A DNA stretch of 64,000 nt, taken from positions 64,491 through 128,490 of the forward strand of contig JAFDWZ010000026.1 of the NCBI GenBank assembly GCA_018268195.1, written 5' to 3'. Both the position numbers and the translations under genes were made by a program. Position 1 is the stretch's first letter; each line of letters begins with the position of its first letter. The notes beneath the pieces were generated by a model. That model made no database searches, had not been told where the DNA came from, and worked only from the letters and a program-made list of their open reading frames with translations. The DNA is from Bacteroidota bacterium. Lineage in GTDB: Bacteria; Bacteroidota; Bacteroidia; AKYH767-A; OLB10. Of this stretch, positions 26,365-37,138 are shown in pieces.

Positions 26365-27084
26365 TCAGACTTTCTCAGATTTTAATGCGGCAATATAGGA
26401 TGGAAACATCTCACGCCAGATTGGCCAGTCGTGATTGGCTCCGGGCCTTATATCGAGCCAGTGTGCAATACCTTTTTGAGTAAGAATATCAGAGAGTCTC
26501 TTGTTCTGCGGCAAACAAAAATCATACTCACCTACTCCAAGCACGATACCCATTTTGAACAAATTTTCATTCTGCAAGTCGGGTAAATAATCAGGCGGAT
26601 TGTTGAAGTACACATTGTCATCATAATATCCGTCAAGATGCATTTTGATATCGAATGCACCTCCCATGCTGAAAGTATGAGCTACAACTTCAGGATGTCT
26701 GAATGCAAAATTCACAGCCTGATAGCCGCCAAAACTGCAACCTGCTGTTACAACTCTTGAATGCCCTGTTTCCTTTTGTGCGCGACCGACAACTTCTTCC
26801 AGAATCATCTGATCATACACGAGATGATTTTTCACTCTTTCAGAAGGATGAATATGGGTGTTATACCAGCTAAGTTCGTCAATGCTGTCGGGACAATAAA
26901 TTTTTATAAAACCATTGTCCACATAAGATGCTACACTTTCAATAAGTTTAAAATCACGATTCTGATAATGTCTTCCCATACTGGTAGGAAAAGCAATAAC
27001 AGGAATACCGCTGTCGCCAAAAATCAACATATCAAAATCGCGGCCTAAGACATTTGAATAATAACGGATGGATTCTTCCTTCAT
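26365..27084 (-). CDS. Esterase family alpha/beta hydrolase
   Basis: GCSFGGYQA nucleophile elbow (G-x-S-x-G) and a C-terminal His context (ANHDW). About 240 aa, typical of putative esterases. Confidence 0.75.
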   Translation of the reverse strand: MKEESIRYYSNVLGRDFDMLIFGDSGIPVIAFPTSMGRHYQNRDFKLIESVASYVDNGFIKIYCPDSIDELSWYNTHIHPSERVKNHLVYDQMILEEVVGRAQKETGHSRVVTAGCSFGGYQAVNFAFRHPEVVAHTFSMGGAFDIKMHLDGYYDDNVYFNNPPDYLPDLQNENLFKMGIVLGVGEYDFCLPQNKRLSDILTQKGIAHWLDIRPGANHDWPIWREMFPSYIAALKSEKV

Positions 27085-27124
27085 AACTCTGATTCTAAAA
27101 ATTCAAAGATAAGAAAATAGCTTC

Positions 27125-29164
27125 TTACCATATATGCACACGCTGATTCTCCGGCAGGAAAATTTTATCTCCCTCTTTAATTCCAAAAGTTTCGTAAAAA
27201 TACGGCATGTTGACCAAAGGTCCTATTACTCTAAATTTTGCAGGTGAATGAACATCTGTAAGCACACGTGTAGCCAGCGCTTCGGGACGCATGTTTACCA
27301 TCCATGCATAAGCATAACCCAAAAAGAATCGCTGTGACGGATTAAGACCTCCAATATTCTTGTTTTCCTTATACTGAGCAGTTTTCTTAAATGCTTCAAG
27401 TCCCATTGCAATGCCTCCGATGTCGGCAATGTTTTCCCCTTGCGTTTGATTACCATTGATATGAAGACTGTCAACTACAACATACTGGTCGTACTGCTTA
27501 ACCACTGCATCAGTCTTAGCATAAAACCGTGCACTATCTTCCGGAGTCCACCAGTTATTCAAATTTCCGAACTCATCATACTTGCTACCTTGATCATCAA
27601 ATCCATGAGTAAACTCATGACCAAATGTTGAACCTCCTATGATACTGTAAAGAATTGCATCATCGGCCATTGATTTTTCATAGCCAGGTACAATGATATT
27701 GCATGCAGGTACAACAATTTCATTATTGGATGGGTTGTAATAAGCATTGTAAGTTTGAGGGGTCATGTCCCACTCGGTACGGTCAACAGGTTTTCCGTAT
27801 TTGTTTAACATGTAATTGGTGTGCCATTGATTTGCCCTGATTACATTGGTTACATAAGCAGTGCGTTCAATTTCCATTGCCGACAAATCCTTCCACTTAT
27901 CAGGATAACCAACTTTCATGATAATTGCATCGAGTTTTTTTACGGCTTTCTGTTTGGTAGCGTCACTCATCCAGTCTAACTGCATCATGCGCTCACGATA
28001 AACTGCTTTGATGGCATTTCCTATTTCCATCAGTTTGTCCTTAGTGCCTTTAGGTAAATGTTTTTCAACATATACCTGACCTATCAATTCACCTAACTGA
28101 CCATTGGTATCTTCCACAACGCGTTTCCATCGAGGGCGTTGTTCCTTGGTACCGTTAAGTATGGTTCCGTAAAAACGGAAGTTCTCTGATTCAATGGCAG
28201 AATTAAGATAAGGTGCCATGCCATGAATAAGGTTCCATCTCAGATAATTCTTCCACTGATTAATAGTGAATTCTTTAGCTGCTTTATTCAGGTATTCAAA
28301 AAATTCAGGCTGTCCTACAATAACGGTATCGGCATTGCTTAAGTTAACCCCTGAGAGAAAAGTGTTCAAAGGAAGATTATTAACCTTCGACTCAAAGGCT
28401 TTCAGTTCATATTTATTATAATTCTTAAACGGGTCGCGCAGGTCTTCTATTTTACGGCTTACCTTAGCTAGTGCAAGCTCTACTTTATATATATCGGCAG
28501 CTGATGCAGCGGCTTTACTGTCATCTTCTCCCATGAGTACAAACATTTTTTTCAGGTGATTGGGGTATTCTTCCCTGATACTTTTTGTACGCTGATCGTT
28601 ATTGAAATAATAATCTCTGTCAGGCAAACCTAACCCTCCTTGCCAGAGGAAGATGGCATTTTTGGAACTGATTTTATCATCAGAATTGATGTACATGCTC
28701 AACATGGGTGAGCCACAAATAATATGCAGATGTGCAGCATATCGCATCACATCATTGAAGTCTTTAAGATTATCTATATCAGTGAACTCATTTTTCAAAG
28801 GCTGGAGACCTTCTTTTTCAATGGTTGCAGTATCCATACCACTGAAATAGTAATCGCCAATTTTCTGCTCATTGGACCCTTTAGTGTTATTGGAAGTAGC
28901 TGCATTCTCACATATCTGCAAAATAGTTGCATTAATGGTATCGCTGATGGTTCTGAAGATACCATTGCTTCGTTCGCTCGATGGAATTGGATGCGAGGCA
29001 AACCATTTACCGTTGGCAAACATAAAAAAGTCATCACCGGGTTTTACTGCACTATCTATATGCTGGACTAGTTCATCAGGAGCAGTTGAAGATGTTGTTT
29101 GGTTTTTGTTATTGCATGCGGCAAGCATAGTAGCTGCTGCTGCAAGACAAATCAGCTTATTCAT
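27125..29164 (-). CDS. M13 family metallopeptidase (PepO / endothelin-converting-enzyme-like), lipoprotein
   Basis: Lipoprotein-type signal (LAACNN). HEFTHGFD zinc motif (HExxH) and GENIADIGG (ENxADxGG) motif. Confidence 0.9.
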   Translation of the reverse strand: MNKLICLAAAATMLAACNNKNQTTSSTAPDELVQHIDSAVKPGDDFFMFANGKWFASHPIPSSERSNGIFRTISDTINATILQICENAATSNNTKGSNEQKIGDYYFSGMDTATIEKEGLQPLKNEFTDIDNLKDFNDVMRYAAHLHIICGSPMLSMYINSDDKISSKNAIFLWQGGLGLPDRDYYFNNDQRTKSIREEYPNHLKKMFVLMGEDDSKAAASAADIYKVELALAKVSRKIEDLRDPFKNYNKYELKAFESKVNNLPLNTFLSGVNLSNADTVIVGQPEFFEYLNKAAKEFTINQWKNYLRWNLIHGMAPYLNSAIESENFRFYGTILNGTKEQRPRWKRVVEDTNGQLGELIGQVYVEKHLPKGTKDKLMEIGNAIKAVYRERMMQLDWMSDATKQKAVKKLDAIIMKVGYPDKWKDLSAMEIERTAYVTNVIRANQWHTNYMLNKYGKPVDRTEWDMTPQTYNAYYNPSNNEIVVPACNIIVPGYEKSMADDAILYSIIGGSTFGHEFTHGFDDQGSKYDEFGNLNNWWTPEDSARFYAKTDAVVKQYDQYVVVDSLHINGNQTQGENIADIGGIAMGLEAFKKTAQYKENKNIGGLNPSQRFFLGYAYAWMVNMRPEALATRVLTDVHSPAKFRVIGPLVNMPYFYETFGIKEGDKIFLPENQRVHIW

Positions 29165-29263
29165 AATTTAATGTTATTTTAAGGGTGACGAAGGTAATAA
29201 CTATTCACTAAGAAATTGCTGAAGAAACGCCTTAAATAGTTAAAACATACTTAAAAAATAAGG

Positions 29264-31075
29264 TCAGGTATATTCTGCCAACTCAAGCCACCGCATTGTT
29301 TTCTCTTCCACTTCATGGATGATTTGCTGAATGCGCTGCGCTTTTTCCATCAGTTGTTCATGGTTAATGCCTTCTTCAGACAATTGTTTTTCGAGCAACG
29401 ATTTTTCTTCTTCCAGCAACTGAATTTGTGATTCGAGTTGTTCATACTCCTGCTTTTCCTTAAAGCTGAGTTTCTTTTTAGGTGTTTCCGCTTTGGGTTT
29501 TGATGGTTCTGACTTTCTTTCTTCTTTCTTCTGTTCGCGTTTCAAAACTTTTCTCTGCAAACGGTAATCATTATAATTGCCATTGATGACACTTATTTTC
29601 CCTTCTCCTTCAAAAACCCAGACATGATCCACCACCTTGTCCATAAAAAACCTGTCGTGTGTTACAATAATAACACAACCTTCAAACGAAGCCAGATAAT
29701 CTTCCAGCACACTCAAGGTTTCAATATCGAGGTCGTTGGTAGGTTCATCCAATATGAGCAGATTGGGGTTTTTCATCAGCACGGTCAAAAGATATAGTCT
29801 TCGCTTTTCGCCTCCACTAAGTTTTTCTACATACTGAAAATGCATGGAAGGTTCAAACAAAAATCTTTCCAGTAGCTGAGATGCTGAAATTTTTCTGCCC
29901 CCACTCATAGGAATAAACTCTGCAATATCGCGTACAACTTCAATCACCCGTTTCTGCCCCGACATATCCGCTGATTGTTGCTCAAAATATCCTGTTACTA
30001 TGGTCTCTCCTATCACCACTTTTCCCTTATCGGGTTTTACATTTCCGGTGATGATATTCAGCAATGTGCTTTTTCCTGCACCATTGTTTCCTACGATACC
30101 AATTTTTTCACCTTTTCGGAGAGAATAATCAAATGCATCAATCAGTTTTAACTCGTCATAAGATTTACTCACTCTATGAACTTCCAGAATCTTACTTCCT
30201 ATTCTCGAAATATTAATATCGAGTTGCACATTCCCTTGTTCGGTTTTTTTCTTTGCAAGCTGTTCGGTTTCATAAAAAGCATCAATACGCGATTTGGATT
30301 TTGTACCTCTGGCTCTAGGCTGTTTTCGCATCCATTCCAATTCGGTACGATAAATATTTCTTGCACGCGATTTAGAAGCCTGCTCATTATCCAAGCGCTC
30401 AGCCTTTTTCTCGAGATAATAAGAGTAATTACCTTTATGTCTGTAAAGTGTGCCGTTATCTATTTCAAAAATTTCATCACAAATCTCGTCCAGGAAATAA
30501 CGATCGTGTGTCACAAGCAACATGGTCATGCTGGTGGTTGTCAAAAATGATTCAAGCCACTCAATCATATCCAAATCAAGGTGGTTAGTAGGCTCATCCA
30601 TAATCACAAAGTCGGCTTCGTCAAGCAAGACCTTAGCTAATGCCAACCGTTTTTGCTGCCCACCTGAAAGAACACCAACCTGTTGATGAAAAAAATCAAC
30701 ATTCAGTTTTCCGGCTACCGATTTAATTTTCCCCAGCCATGTTTGTTCTTCTTCTGTAAGTTCATAGTGAGGTTTTTCATTCAGCAATGCATCTGCAATA
30801 TGGTTATTATCGGTAAGTGAGTCGGCTACGGTTGCTGTTGCAGTTAAATTGGTTTCCTGCGACAGATATGATACTTTTAATTGATTGCGATACGTAATGC
30901 TTCCTTCATCAGGAGGTTCAAGTTCTGCAAGTATGCGCAGCAGCGATGTTTTACCGGTTCCATTGCGTGCAACAAGTGCCACTTTCTGACCTTTGGAAAT
31001 TCCAAAAGAAATGTCTTTGAACAAAACTCTGTCGCCAAACGATTTGCTGATATTTTCTACAGATAAATAATTCAC
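29264..31075 (-). CDS. ABC-F family ATPase (Uup-like, with a C-terminal coiled coil)
   Basis: Two ABC ATPase cassettes (GRNGTGKTS / GNNGAGKST; LSGGQQKR / LSGGEKRR), no TM domains, and a Lys/Glu-rich C-terminal coiled coil. Confidence 0.9.
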   Translation of the reverse strand: MNYLSVENISKSFGDRVLFKDISFGISKGQKVALVARNGTGKTSLLRILAELEPPDEGSITYRNQLKVSYLSQETNLTATATVADSLTDNNHIADALLNEKPHYELTEEEQTWLGKIKSVAGKLNVDFFHQQVGVLSGGQQKRLALAKVLLDEADFVIMDEPTNHLDLDMIEWLESFLTTTSMTMLLVTHDRYFLDEICDEIFEIDNGTLYRHKGNYSYYLEKKAERLDNEQASKSRARNIYRTELEWMRKQPRARGTKSKSRIDAFYETEQLAKKKTEQGNVQLDINISRIGSKILEVHRVSKSYDELKLIDAFDYSLRKGEKIGIVGNNGAGKSTLLNIITGNVKPDKGKVVIGETIVTGYFEQQSADMSGQKRVIEVVRDIAEFIPMSGGRKISASQLLERFLFEPSMHFQYVEKLSGGEKRRLYLLTVLMKNPNLLILDEPTNDLDIETLSVLEDYLASFEGCVIIVTHDRFFMDKVVDHVWVFEGEGKISVINGNYNDYRLQRKVLKREQKKEERKSEPSKPKAETPKKKLSFKEKQEYEQLESQIQLLEEEKSLLEKQLSEEGINHEQLMEKAQRIQQIIHEVEEKTMRWLELAEYT

Positions 31076-31223
31076 CTTCTATAAATGATAAACCGCAAAA
31101 TTAGTTGAATAGATAAGATTATCATCCGGTATTGCATTTAATTTTACAGTGATAAAAATATCCTCATAAAACAGAAAAAACATCTGCTTCAGAGAGAAAA
31201 ATTGATATCCATTTGAAATTAAC

Positions 31224-32090
31224 TCAGACTGATGTTTTGTAATTTTTAAACAATGTCACGCATTGAATTGCCTCTTTCACGTCATGCACCCGCAATATGT
31301 TTGCCCCGTTTAACAATGCTACCATGTTTAGGGCTGTAGTTCCATTGAGCGCCTGTTCAGGAGTAATTTCAAGTGCCTGCCAAATCATTCTTTTTCGTGA
31401 TAAACCGGCAAGTATGGGAAGTCCGGTAACATCGAATGTTTGAAGCTCTCGTAACAAAGTATAATTATGCTGAATATTTTTCCCGAAGCCGAAGCCCGGA
31501 TCTATGATGATATCTTTTATACCTGCATTTCTGCAAACTTCAATTCGCTTACTGAAGTATTGAATAATTTCTAAAGTCACATTTTCATATACAGGGTTTA
31601 TTTGCATAGTTTGCGGAACTCCCTGTCTGTGCATCAAAATATATGGAACATTCAGTGCGGCTACTGTTTTTAACATTTCGCTATCCCATTCACCTGCAGA
31701 AATATCATTTATAAGTGCTGCACCTTCATTCACAGCCCTTTCAGCAATTGCTGCCCGTGTAGTATCTACAGAAATAATTGACTCAGGAAAATGTTTAACT
31801 ATCAATTTCAATGAAAATTCCATTCTTTTCCATTCGGTTTCTACGTCAGGAATTTCAGCACCCGGCCTGGTTGAAACTGAGCCAATATCAATGAATGAAG
31901 CCCCTTCATTTAGCATTAATTCTACTTGTCGTAAAATTGCATTTTCATCACTATAGCGACCTCCATCATAAAAGGAATCGGGTGTGATATTTAAAATACC
32001 CATCACCTTAGGAGTTGAAAGGTCAATCAATTGACCTTTGCATTGTATAAGCGTTAATTGGTTCACGATGTAATGTAAAAAACAGAGCAA
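31224..32090 (-). CDS. folP: Dihydropteroate synthase
   Basis: VMGILNITPDSFYDGG, DIGSVSTRPG and DPGFGFGK motifs. The true start may be an internal GTG/ATG a few codons downstream of the tracked one. Confidence 0.9.
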   Translation of the reverse strand: MLCFLHYIVNQLTLIQCKGQLIDLSTPKVMGILNITPDSFYDGGRYSDENAILRQVELMLNEGASFIDIGSVSTRPGAEIPDVETEWKRMEFSLKLIVKHFPESIISVDTTRAAIAERAVNEGAALINDISAGEWDSEMLKTVAALNVPYILMHRQGVPQTMQINPVYENVTLEIIQYFSKRIEVCRNAGIKDIIIDPGFGFGKNIQHNYTLLRELQTFDVTGLPILAGLSRKRMIWQALEITPEQALNGTTALNMVALLNGANILRVHDVKEAIQCVTLFKNYKTSV

Positions 32091-32199
32091 AGGTAGAATT
32101 TGACATCAGGTGTGAAAAAGTTTTTTTTAGGAATGCAGAAGTCAATGCTTAAAATAACATTATTTGTAATTAAATTATAACGAAATAAAGTTTTACAAT

Positions 32200-33324
32200 A
32201 TGAAGTATCTTGTTGGTATTTGTCGGATTTTAGTAGGAGTATTATTTATTATTTCAGGTTTTATAAAAGCGAACGACACTTTGGGTTTCAGCTACAAACT
32301 GGATGAATACTTCTTGGTTTTCAACATGCCATTTATGAGTGCTGTTTCTGTAGCCATGGCGCAGTTTATTTGCGTTGCTGAAATTGTGTTGGGTGTTGCC
32401 ACACTGGTAGGCTGGCGAATGAACTTAATTTCATGGCTGCTCATGTTAATGATCGTATTTTTTACCTTCCTCACTTTTTACTCTGCTTATTTTGGTGTGG
32501 TAAAAGACTGCGGATGTTTTGGCGATGCTTTGCACCTCTCTCCATGGCAGTCATTTGGCAAAGATGTCGTTCTGCTGGTTTGGATTCTGATTATTTTCTT
32601 GTGGCGTCATAAGATAAAACCTCTTATCAGTTTACGCACTTCACGTTGGGCTGTAATTTTTTCCATAATTATCAGCAGCACGTTTACCTATTACACTTAC
32701 GCACACCTTCCTTACATTGACTTCAGACCTTATGCAATTGGCAATAACATCAAAATAGGAATGTTGCCTCCGCCTTTTGCAAAACCTGACAGTATTGTAA
32801 TTCTGTTTAAATACAAAGCCAAAGACGGTTCCATTAAGGAATTTGGCATGAATGATTTGCCGGATGATTTGGAAAACTATGAGTTTGTTGACAGAGTAGA
32901 TAAAGTTATCCGTGAAGGTGATAAAGCAAAAATTCACGACTTCAGTATTGTGGATGCAGAAGGTGTAAATCACACCAATGAATTCCTGAACAATCCCGAT
33001 TATTCCTTTATGCTGGTGGCTTATGACTTGAGTAAAACAAACAGAAAAATTCAGCCTAAAGTAAATGAACTGGCCAATGCCTGCGAAAAAAATAAAATAC
33101 AGTTTTTCGGTCTTACATCCACTGTGCCTGCTGAAACAGATTTATTCCGTCACGACAATCAGAATATGTTTGATTATTACTTCTGTGATGGCACTGCGTT
33201 AAAAACGATTATCCGTTCCAATCCCGGACTGGTATTGCTGAAAAACGGTGTAGTGATTGATATGTGGCATTACAACGATTTTCCAACATGGGATCAAGTA
33301 AACGCCAAATATTTAAAGAAATAA
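32200..33324 (+). CDS. DoxX/MauE-like membrane domain fused to a thioredoxin-like C-terminal domain (BT_3928-like family)
   Basis: Four or five N-terminal TM helices with a VKDCGCFGD motif typical of MauE/DoxX-type proteins, followed by a soluble domain of about 200 aa. Confidence 0.65.
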   Translation: MKYLVGICRILVGVLFIISGFIKANDTLGFSYKLDEYFLVFNMPFMSAVSVAMAQFICVAEIVLGVATLVGWRMNLISWLLMLMIVFFTFLTFYSAYFGVVKDCGCFGDALHLSPWQSFGKDVVLLVWILIIFLWRHKIKPLISLRTSRWAVIFSIIISSTFTYYTYAHLPYIDFRPYAIGNNIKIGMLPPPFAKPDSIVILFKYKAKDGSIKEFGMNDLPDDLENYEFVDRVDKVIREGDKAKIHDFSIVDAEGVNHTNEFLNNPDYSFMLVAYDLSKTNRKIQPKVNELANACEKNKIQFFGLTSTVPAETDLFRHDNQNMFDYYFCDGTALKTIIRSNPGLVLLKNGVVIDMWHYNDFPTWDQVNAKYLKK

Positions 33325-33349
33325 TATTTTAAAAATTTTTTCTGACAAA

Positions 33350-34450
33350 GTGTACCTTGCTTCATTAACTCTGATTAATTTTAAAAACTATAGTGAAGCA
33401 TCGCTGCAGTTGAGTCCCGGAGTAAATTGCTTTACCGGTAACAACGGAAGTGGCAAAACAAATCTGATTGATGCCATATATTATCTTTCATTTACCAAAA
33501 GTTATTTTACTCCTTCCGACACTCAGAACATCAAGCATAATGAACAAATGTTTGTCATTCAGGGAACTTTTGTACTGAATGAAAATAAAGAAGAGATTTT
33601 TTGTGGTGTTAAATCAGGAAGCAAGAAACAAATCAAACGAAATAATCAGGAATACGAACGTTTCAGCGATCATATAGGATTGTTGCCGGTGGTGATGGTT
33701 GCACCCGTGGACCAGATTTTAATTACCGAAGGCAGTGATGAACGCAGGCGCTTTATAGACAGCATAATTTCGCAGGTGAACAAAACCTACCTCGACAATC
33801 TGATTAATTACAACAAAGTACTTGCACAACGAAATGCTTATCTCAAACAAGTTGCCGGAAGGCTTGTTGATTTTGCCATGCTTGAAGTTTGGGATGAGCA
33901 ACTGATAGAATTCGGAAATGCCATTCATTCGGTAAGAAAAGATTTTATGAAAGAGTTTATACCTTTGTTCAACAAGTCTTACATTTTTTTATCGCAACAG
34001 GCAGAAGAGGTTTCTATAGAATATCAATCTCAACTTAATGCTGATAATTTCAGCAATCTGATGAAACAATCGCTGGAAAAAGATCTTTCATTTCAATTTA
34101 CAACAACAGGTATTCATAAAGATGATTTGATATTTAAACTTGGCGATTACCCATTGAAACGTATTGCATCGCAAGGCCAGCAGAAAACCTATCTCACCTC
34201 ACTGAAGTTGGCACAGTTTGATTATTTACATCAGCACAAATCCATTAAACCGATATTGCTGCTGGATGATATTTTTGATAAACTTGATGATTACCGCGTA
34301 AAACGCCTGATGCAGCTGGTAAGTAAGCATACTTTCGGGCAGATTTTTATTACAGACACACACCCTCAGCGTCTTCGACAAATATTTGAAGAAATAAATG
34401 AGCCTCTACAACTCTTCGCTGTTGACAAAGGTGAGGTTACTGTAGCTTAG
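33350..34450 (+). CDS. recF: DNA replication and repair protein RecF
   Basis: GTG start. LINFKNY, Walker A GNNGSGKTNLIDAIY, signature SQGQQK and Walker B LLLDDIF. Confidence 0.9.
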   Translation: MYLASLTLINFKNYSEASLQLSPGVNCFTGNNGSGKTNLIDAIYYLSFTKSYFTPSDTQNIKHNEQMFVIQGTFVLNENKEEIFCGVKSGSKKQIKRNNQEYERFSDHIGLLPVVMVAPVDQILITEGSDERRRFIDSIISQVNKTYLDNLINYNKVLAQRNAYLKQVAGRLVDFAMLEVWDEQLIEFGNAIHSVRKDFMKEFIPLFNKSYIFLSQQAEEVSIEYQSQLNADNFSNLMKQSLEKDLSFQFTTTGIHKDDLIFKLGDYPLKRIASQGQQKTYLTSLKLAQFDYLHQHKSIKPILLLDDIFDKLDDYRVKRLMQLVSKHTFGQIFITDTHPQRLRQIFEEINEPLQLFAVDKGEVTVA

Positions 34451-34476
34451 TGTAAACCAAAAAAAACATCAGGTAC

Positions 34477-35013
34477 TTAGTCTTTCTCGCCTAATTTTTT
34501 TAATAGTTCATCAAAAGACTCTGTCTTATATTTTTCGTCAGCAAAAAATTTTGCAATAGGCATAAAAGTTTCAGGAGTCATATACCCCGGAACCACTTTA
34601 AGCATATTAAACTTTTCATCCAGAAAAACATAAGATGGATAACCCATTTGTCTATTGAGTAATGAAATAGCAAGTTCATGACTTTTGTATTCAGGAACAA
34701 ACACAAATCGAGTTCCTTTGAACATGATGGTGTCATGGCTTTCAGCATTAAATTTCACCGGATAAAAGTTAGCATTGATGTATGCCGCTACTGTATCATT
34801 CATGAAAGTGGAAGCATCCATTTTCTTACACCATCCACACCAGTGGGTGTAAACATCAATAAATAACTTCTTCGGATTTTTTTCTGATGCTGCAACTGCA
34901 CTTTCAAAATCCATCCATTTAATTTTTGTTTCAGTTGTGCGTTGTGTGCATTGCACAAAAAGAAATCCTACCAGAGCGGTGAATGTTAATGTTAAAAATA
35001 ATCTTCTATACAT
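34477..35013 (-). CDS. Thioredoxin-fold protein (DUF255/thioredoxin_7-like), secreted or anchored
   Basis: WCGWCKKM redox motif. Start moved to MYRRLFLTLTFTALVGFLF (anchor), which removes the overlap with the OPT gene. Confidence 0.75.
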   Translation of the reverse strand: MYRRLFLTLTFTALVGFLFVQCTQRTTETKIKWMDFESAVAASEKNPKKLFIDVYTHWCGWCKKMDASTFMNDTVAAYINANFYPVKFNAESHDTIMFKGTRFVFVPEYKSHELAISLLNRQMGYPSYVFLDEKFNMLKVVPGYMTPETFMPIAKFFADEKYKTESFDELLKKLGEKD

Positions 35014-35029
35014 ATTGTTATAATTTAAA

Positions 35030-37087
35030 TCAGTTAGTTTTTTCAGGTTTAACGGCAATTCGATAAAGGATAAATGACATAAGCAAGAAGAAGCCCGTTC
35101 CTAAAATCATATATCCCGATTCTCCCAAAGCTGAGGTCAGACCGGGTTCCAGATTAATTTTTTGCAATGATTGATAAAAGCCTTCATTAACCGAAAGCAG
35201 TGCGATAACCACACCGGCAAGGGCACCACCTGCCACAAGACCCGTAGCATAGAGATTTCCTTTCCCTAATTCATCATCACCTTCAATCTTTTTGTGTTTG
35301 CGTTTTGCATTCCAGTTAACTGCACCTTTCACCAAACTTCCTGCAAATATGGGCAGTGTAGTACTCAAAGGCAAATAAGCTCCTACAGCAAATGACAATG
35401 CATTAACTCCGCAAAGTTCAACCGTAATAGCAATGAATACACCTACCAGCACATATTGCCAATCGAGATTAAATGACAGTAAGCCTTTGATAAGTGTTGC
35501 CATTAGTGTGGCCTGTGGCGCTGCATATTTCTCGCCTATGGCGTGATGAATACCTTTTGCAACGAGGTCAGCTGTTGGAGTGTCAAGATATCTTACCGTA
35601 AAACCTATCACAATAGAAGATACAATGGCGCCAATAAATAATGCCAACTGCTGATTGCGTGGCGTTGCTCCGATAATATATCCTGTTTTTAAGTCTTGCG
35701 ATGTTGCTCCTGCATTAGCAGCGGCAATACAAACCAATCCGCCAACAACTAGGGCCATTGGCTCAAAGACCTTCCCTGTCCATCCTATTGCAATAAAAAT
35801 TAATGCCGTTCCCATGATAGTAGCAATTGTCATTCCTGAAATCGGATTGTTGCTACTGCCGATAATACCTACAATTCTGCTCGAAACCGTAACGAAGAAA
35901 AACCCGAATACAACAATCAGCAGCCCTATCAATAATTTACTGAAAAATGAATGGCCTGGAACCATCGGAAGCAATGCCATAATAACAATTAACGCTATGG
36001 AGCCGAATACAACTGTTTTGAAGGAAAGGTCATTTTCAGTACGTGATACTTGCTTCTTATCGTTTCCACCTTTCAGAGAGCTCACACTTTCTTTAAAAGA
36101 AGAAATAATGGTTGGAATAGTTTTCATCAATGTCATAAACCCACCTGCAGCTACAGCACCGGCACCAATCTGTCTTACATAAGCACGATAAACAGCAGAA
36201 GCCGTATCGGCAAAAGTGTGCGTTTCAGGATTCCATCCTGCAGGACCTCCTGCCGTTATAAGATCACTCATGTATCCCAATTTTACCAATTGTGCAGCTA
36301 TCACATCAGCAGGAACCAATGTTGCAAGCAATGGAATAAGGCCCAACCATGCCAGAACACCACCTGCAACAAGCAATCCTCCAATGCGGGGACCGATAAT
36401 ATAACCTACACCAAGATATTCTGGAGTGATTTCACCACTTACCGTAGCCGAAGGAAGATATTTATTGGTTTGCTTGGTAACAAATGCAGGAACTTCTGCT
36501 ATAAGATGAAATACTTTCTGAAAAATTGCATAAAGCAGTGACGCACCTAATCCAAGATAAGCTGTTCGTGCAAAATCGCCACCCTTCTCCCCTGCTATCA
36601 GCACTTGTGCACAGGCAGTGCCTTCAGGATATGGCAAGGTTTGATGCTCTTTAACAATTAAACTTCTGCGAAGAGGTATCATCATCAGTGTCCCCAACAT
36701 TCCTCCTAATACGGCAAGCGTAAAAATGGTCCAGTATTCAAAATATTCCATACCATTGCTTACTCCATTTTCATTTACTGATAAAAACAAAAATGCAGGC
36801 AATGTAAAAACCACTCCTGATGCTATGGATTCACCGGCAGAGCCTGTAGTTTGAATAATATTATTTTCGAGTATAGTGGTTTTAAAAAACTTTCTTCCGA
36901 TAGATATTGCCAGCACTGCAATAGGTATGGATGCCGACACTGTCAGTCCTGCTTTGAGTGCAAGATACACAGTGGAAGCTCCGAATATGATACCAAACAT
37001 TATTCCAAGTAAAATGGATTTCAAGGTAAACTCAGCCATGTTATCGGAAGCCGAGATATAAGGTTTGAACTCTTTTTGTGGTTGCAT
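35030..37087 (-). CDS. OPT family oligopeptide transporter
   Basis: 685 aa, about 16 TM helices, with the LPYPEGTACA signature characteristic of the OPT superfamily. Confidence 0.9.
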   Translation of the reverse strand: MQPQKEFKPYISASDNMAEFTLKSILLGIMFGIIFGASTVYLALKAGLTVSASIPIAVLAISIGRKFFKTTILENNIIQTTGSAGESIASGVVFTLPAFLFLSVNENGVSNGMEYFEYWTIFTLAVLGGMLGTLMMIPLRRSLIVKEHQTLPYPEGTACAQVLIAGEKGGDFARTAYLGLGASLLYAIFQKVFHLIAEVPAFVTKQTNKYLPSATVSGEITPEYLGVGYIIGPRIGGLLVAGGVLAWLGLIPLLATLVPADVIAAQLVKLGYMSDLITAGGPAGWNPETHTFADTASAVYRAYVRQIGAGAVAAGGFMTLMKTIPTIISSFKESVSSLKGGNDKKQVSRTENDLSFKTVVFGSIALIVIMALLPMVPGHSFFSKLLIGLLIVVFGFFFVTVSSRIVGIIGSSNNPISGMTIATIMGTALIFIAIGWTGKVFEPMALVVGGLVCIAAANAGATSQDLKTGYIIGATPRNQQLALFIGAIVSSIVIGFTVRYLDTPTADLVAKGIHHAIGEKYAAPQATLMATLIKGLLSFNLDWQYVLVGVFIAITVELCGVNALSFAVGAYLPLSTTLPIFAGSLVKGAVNWNAKRKHKKIEGDDELGKGNLYATGLVAGGALAGVVIALLSVNEGFYQSLQKINLEPGLTSALGESGYMILGTGFFLLMSFILYRIAVKPEKTN

Positions 37088-37138
37088 AAAATTAAGATGA
37101 GTGTGCTAATGTAGTTTAAAAATAATTCCAAACATACA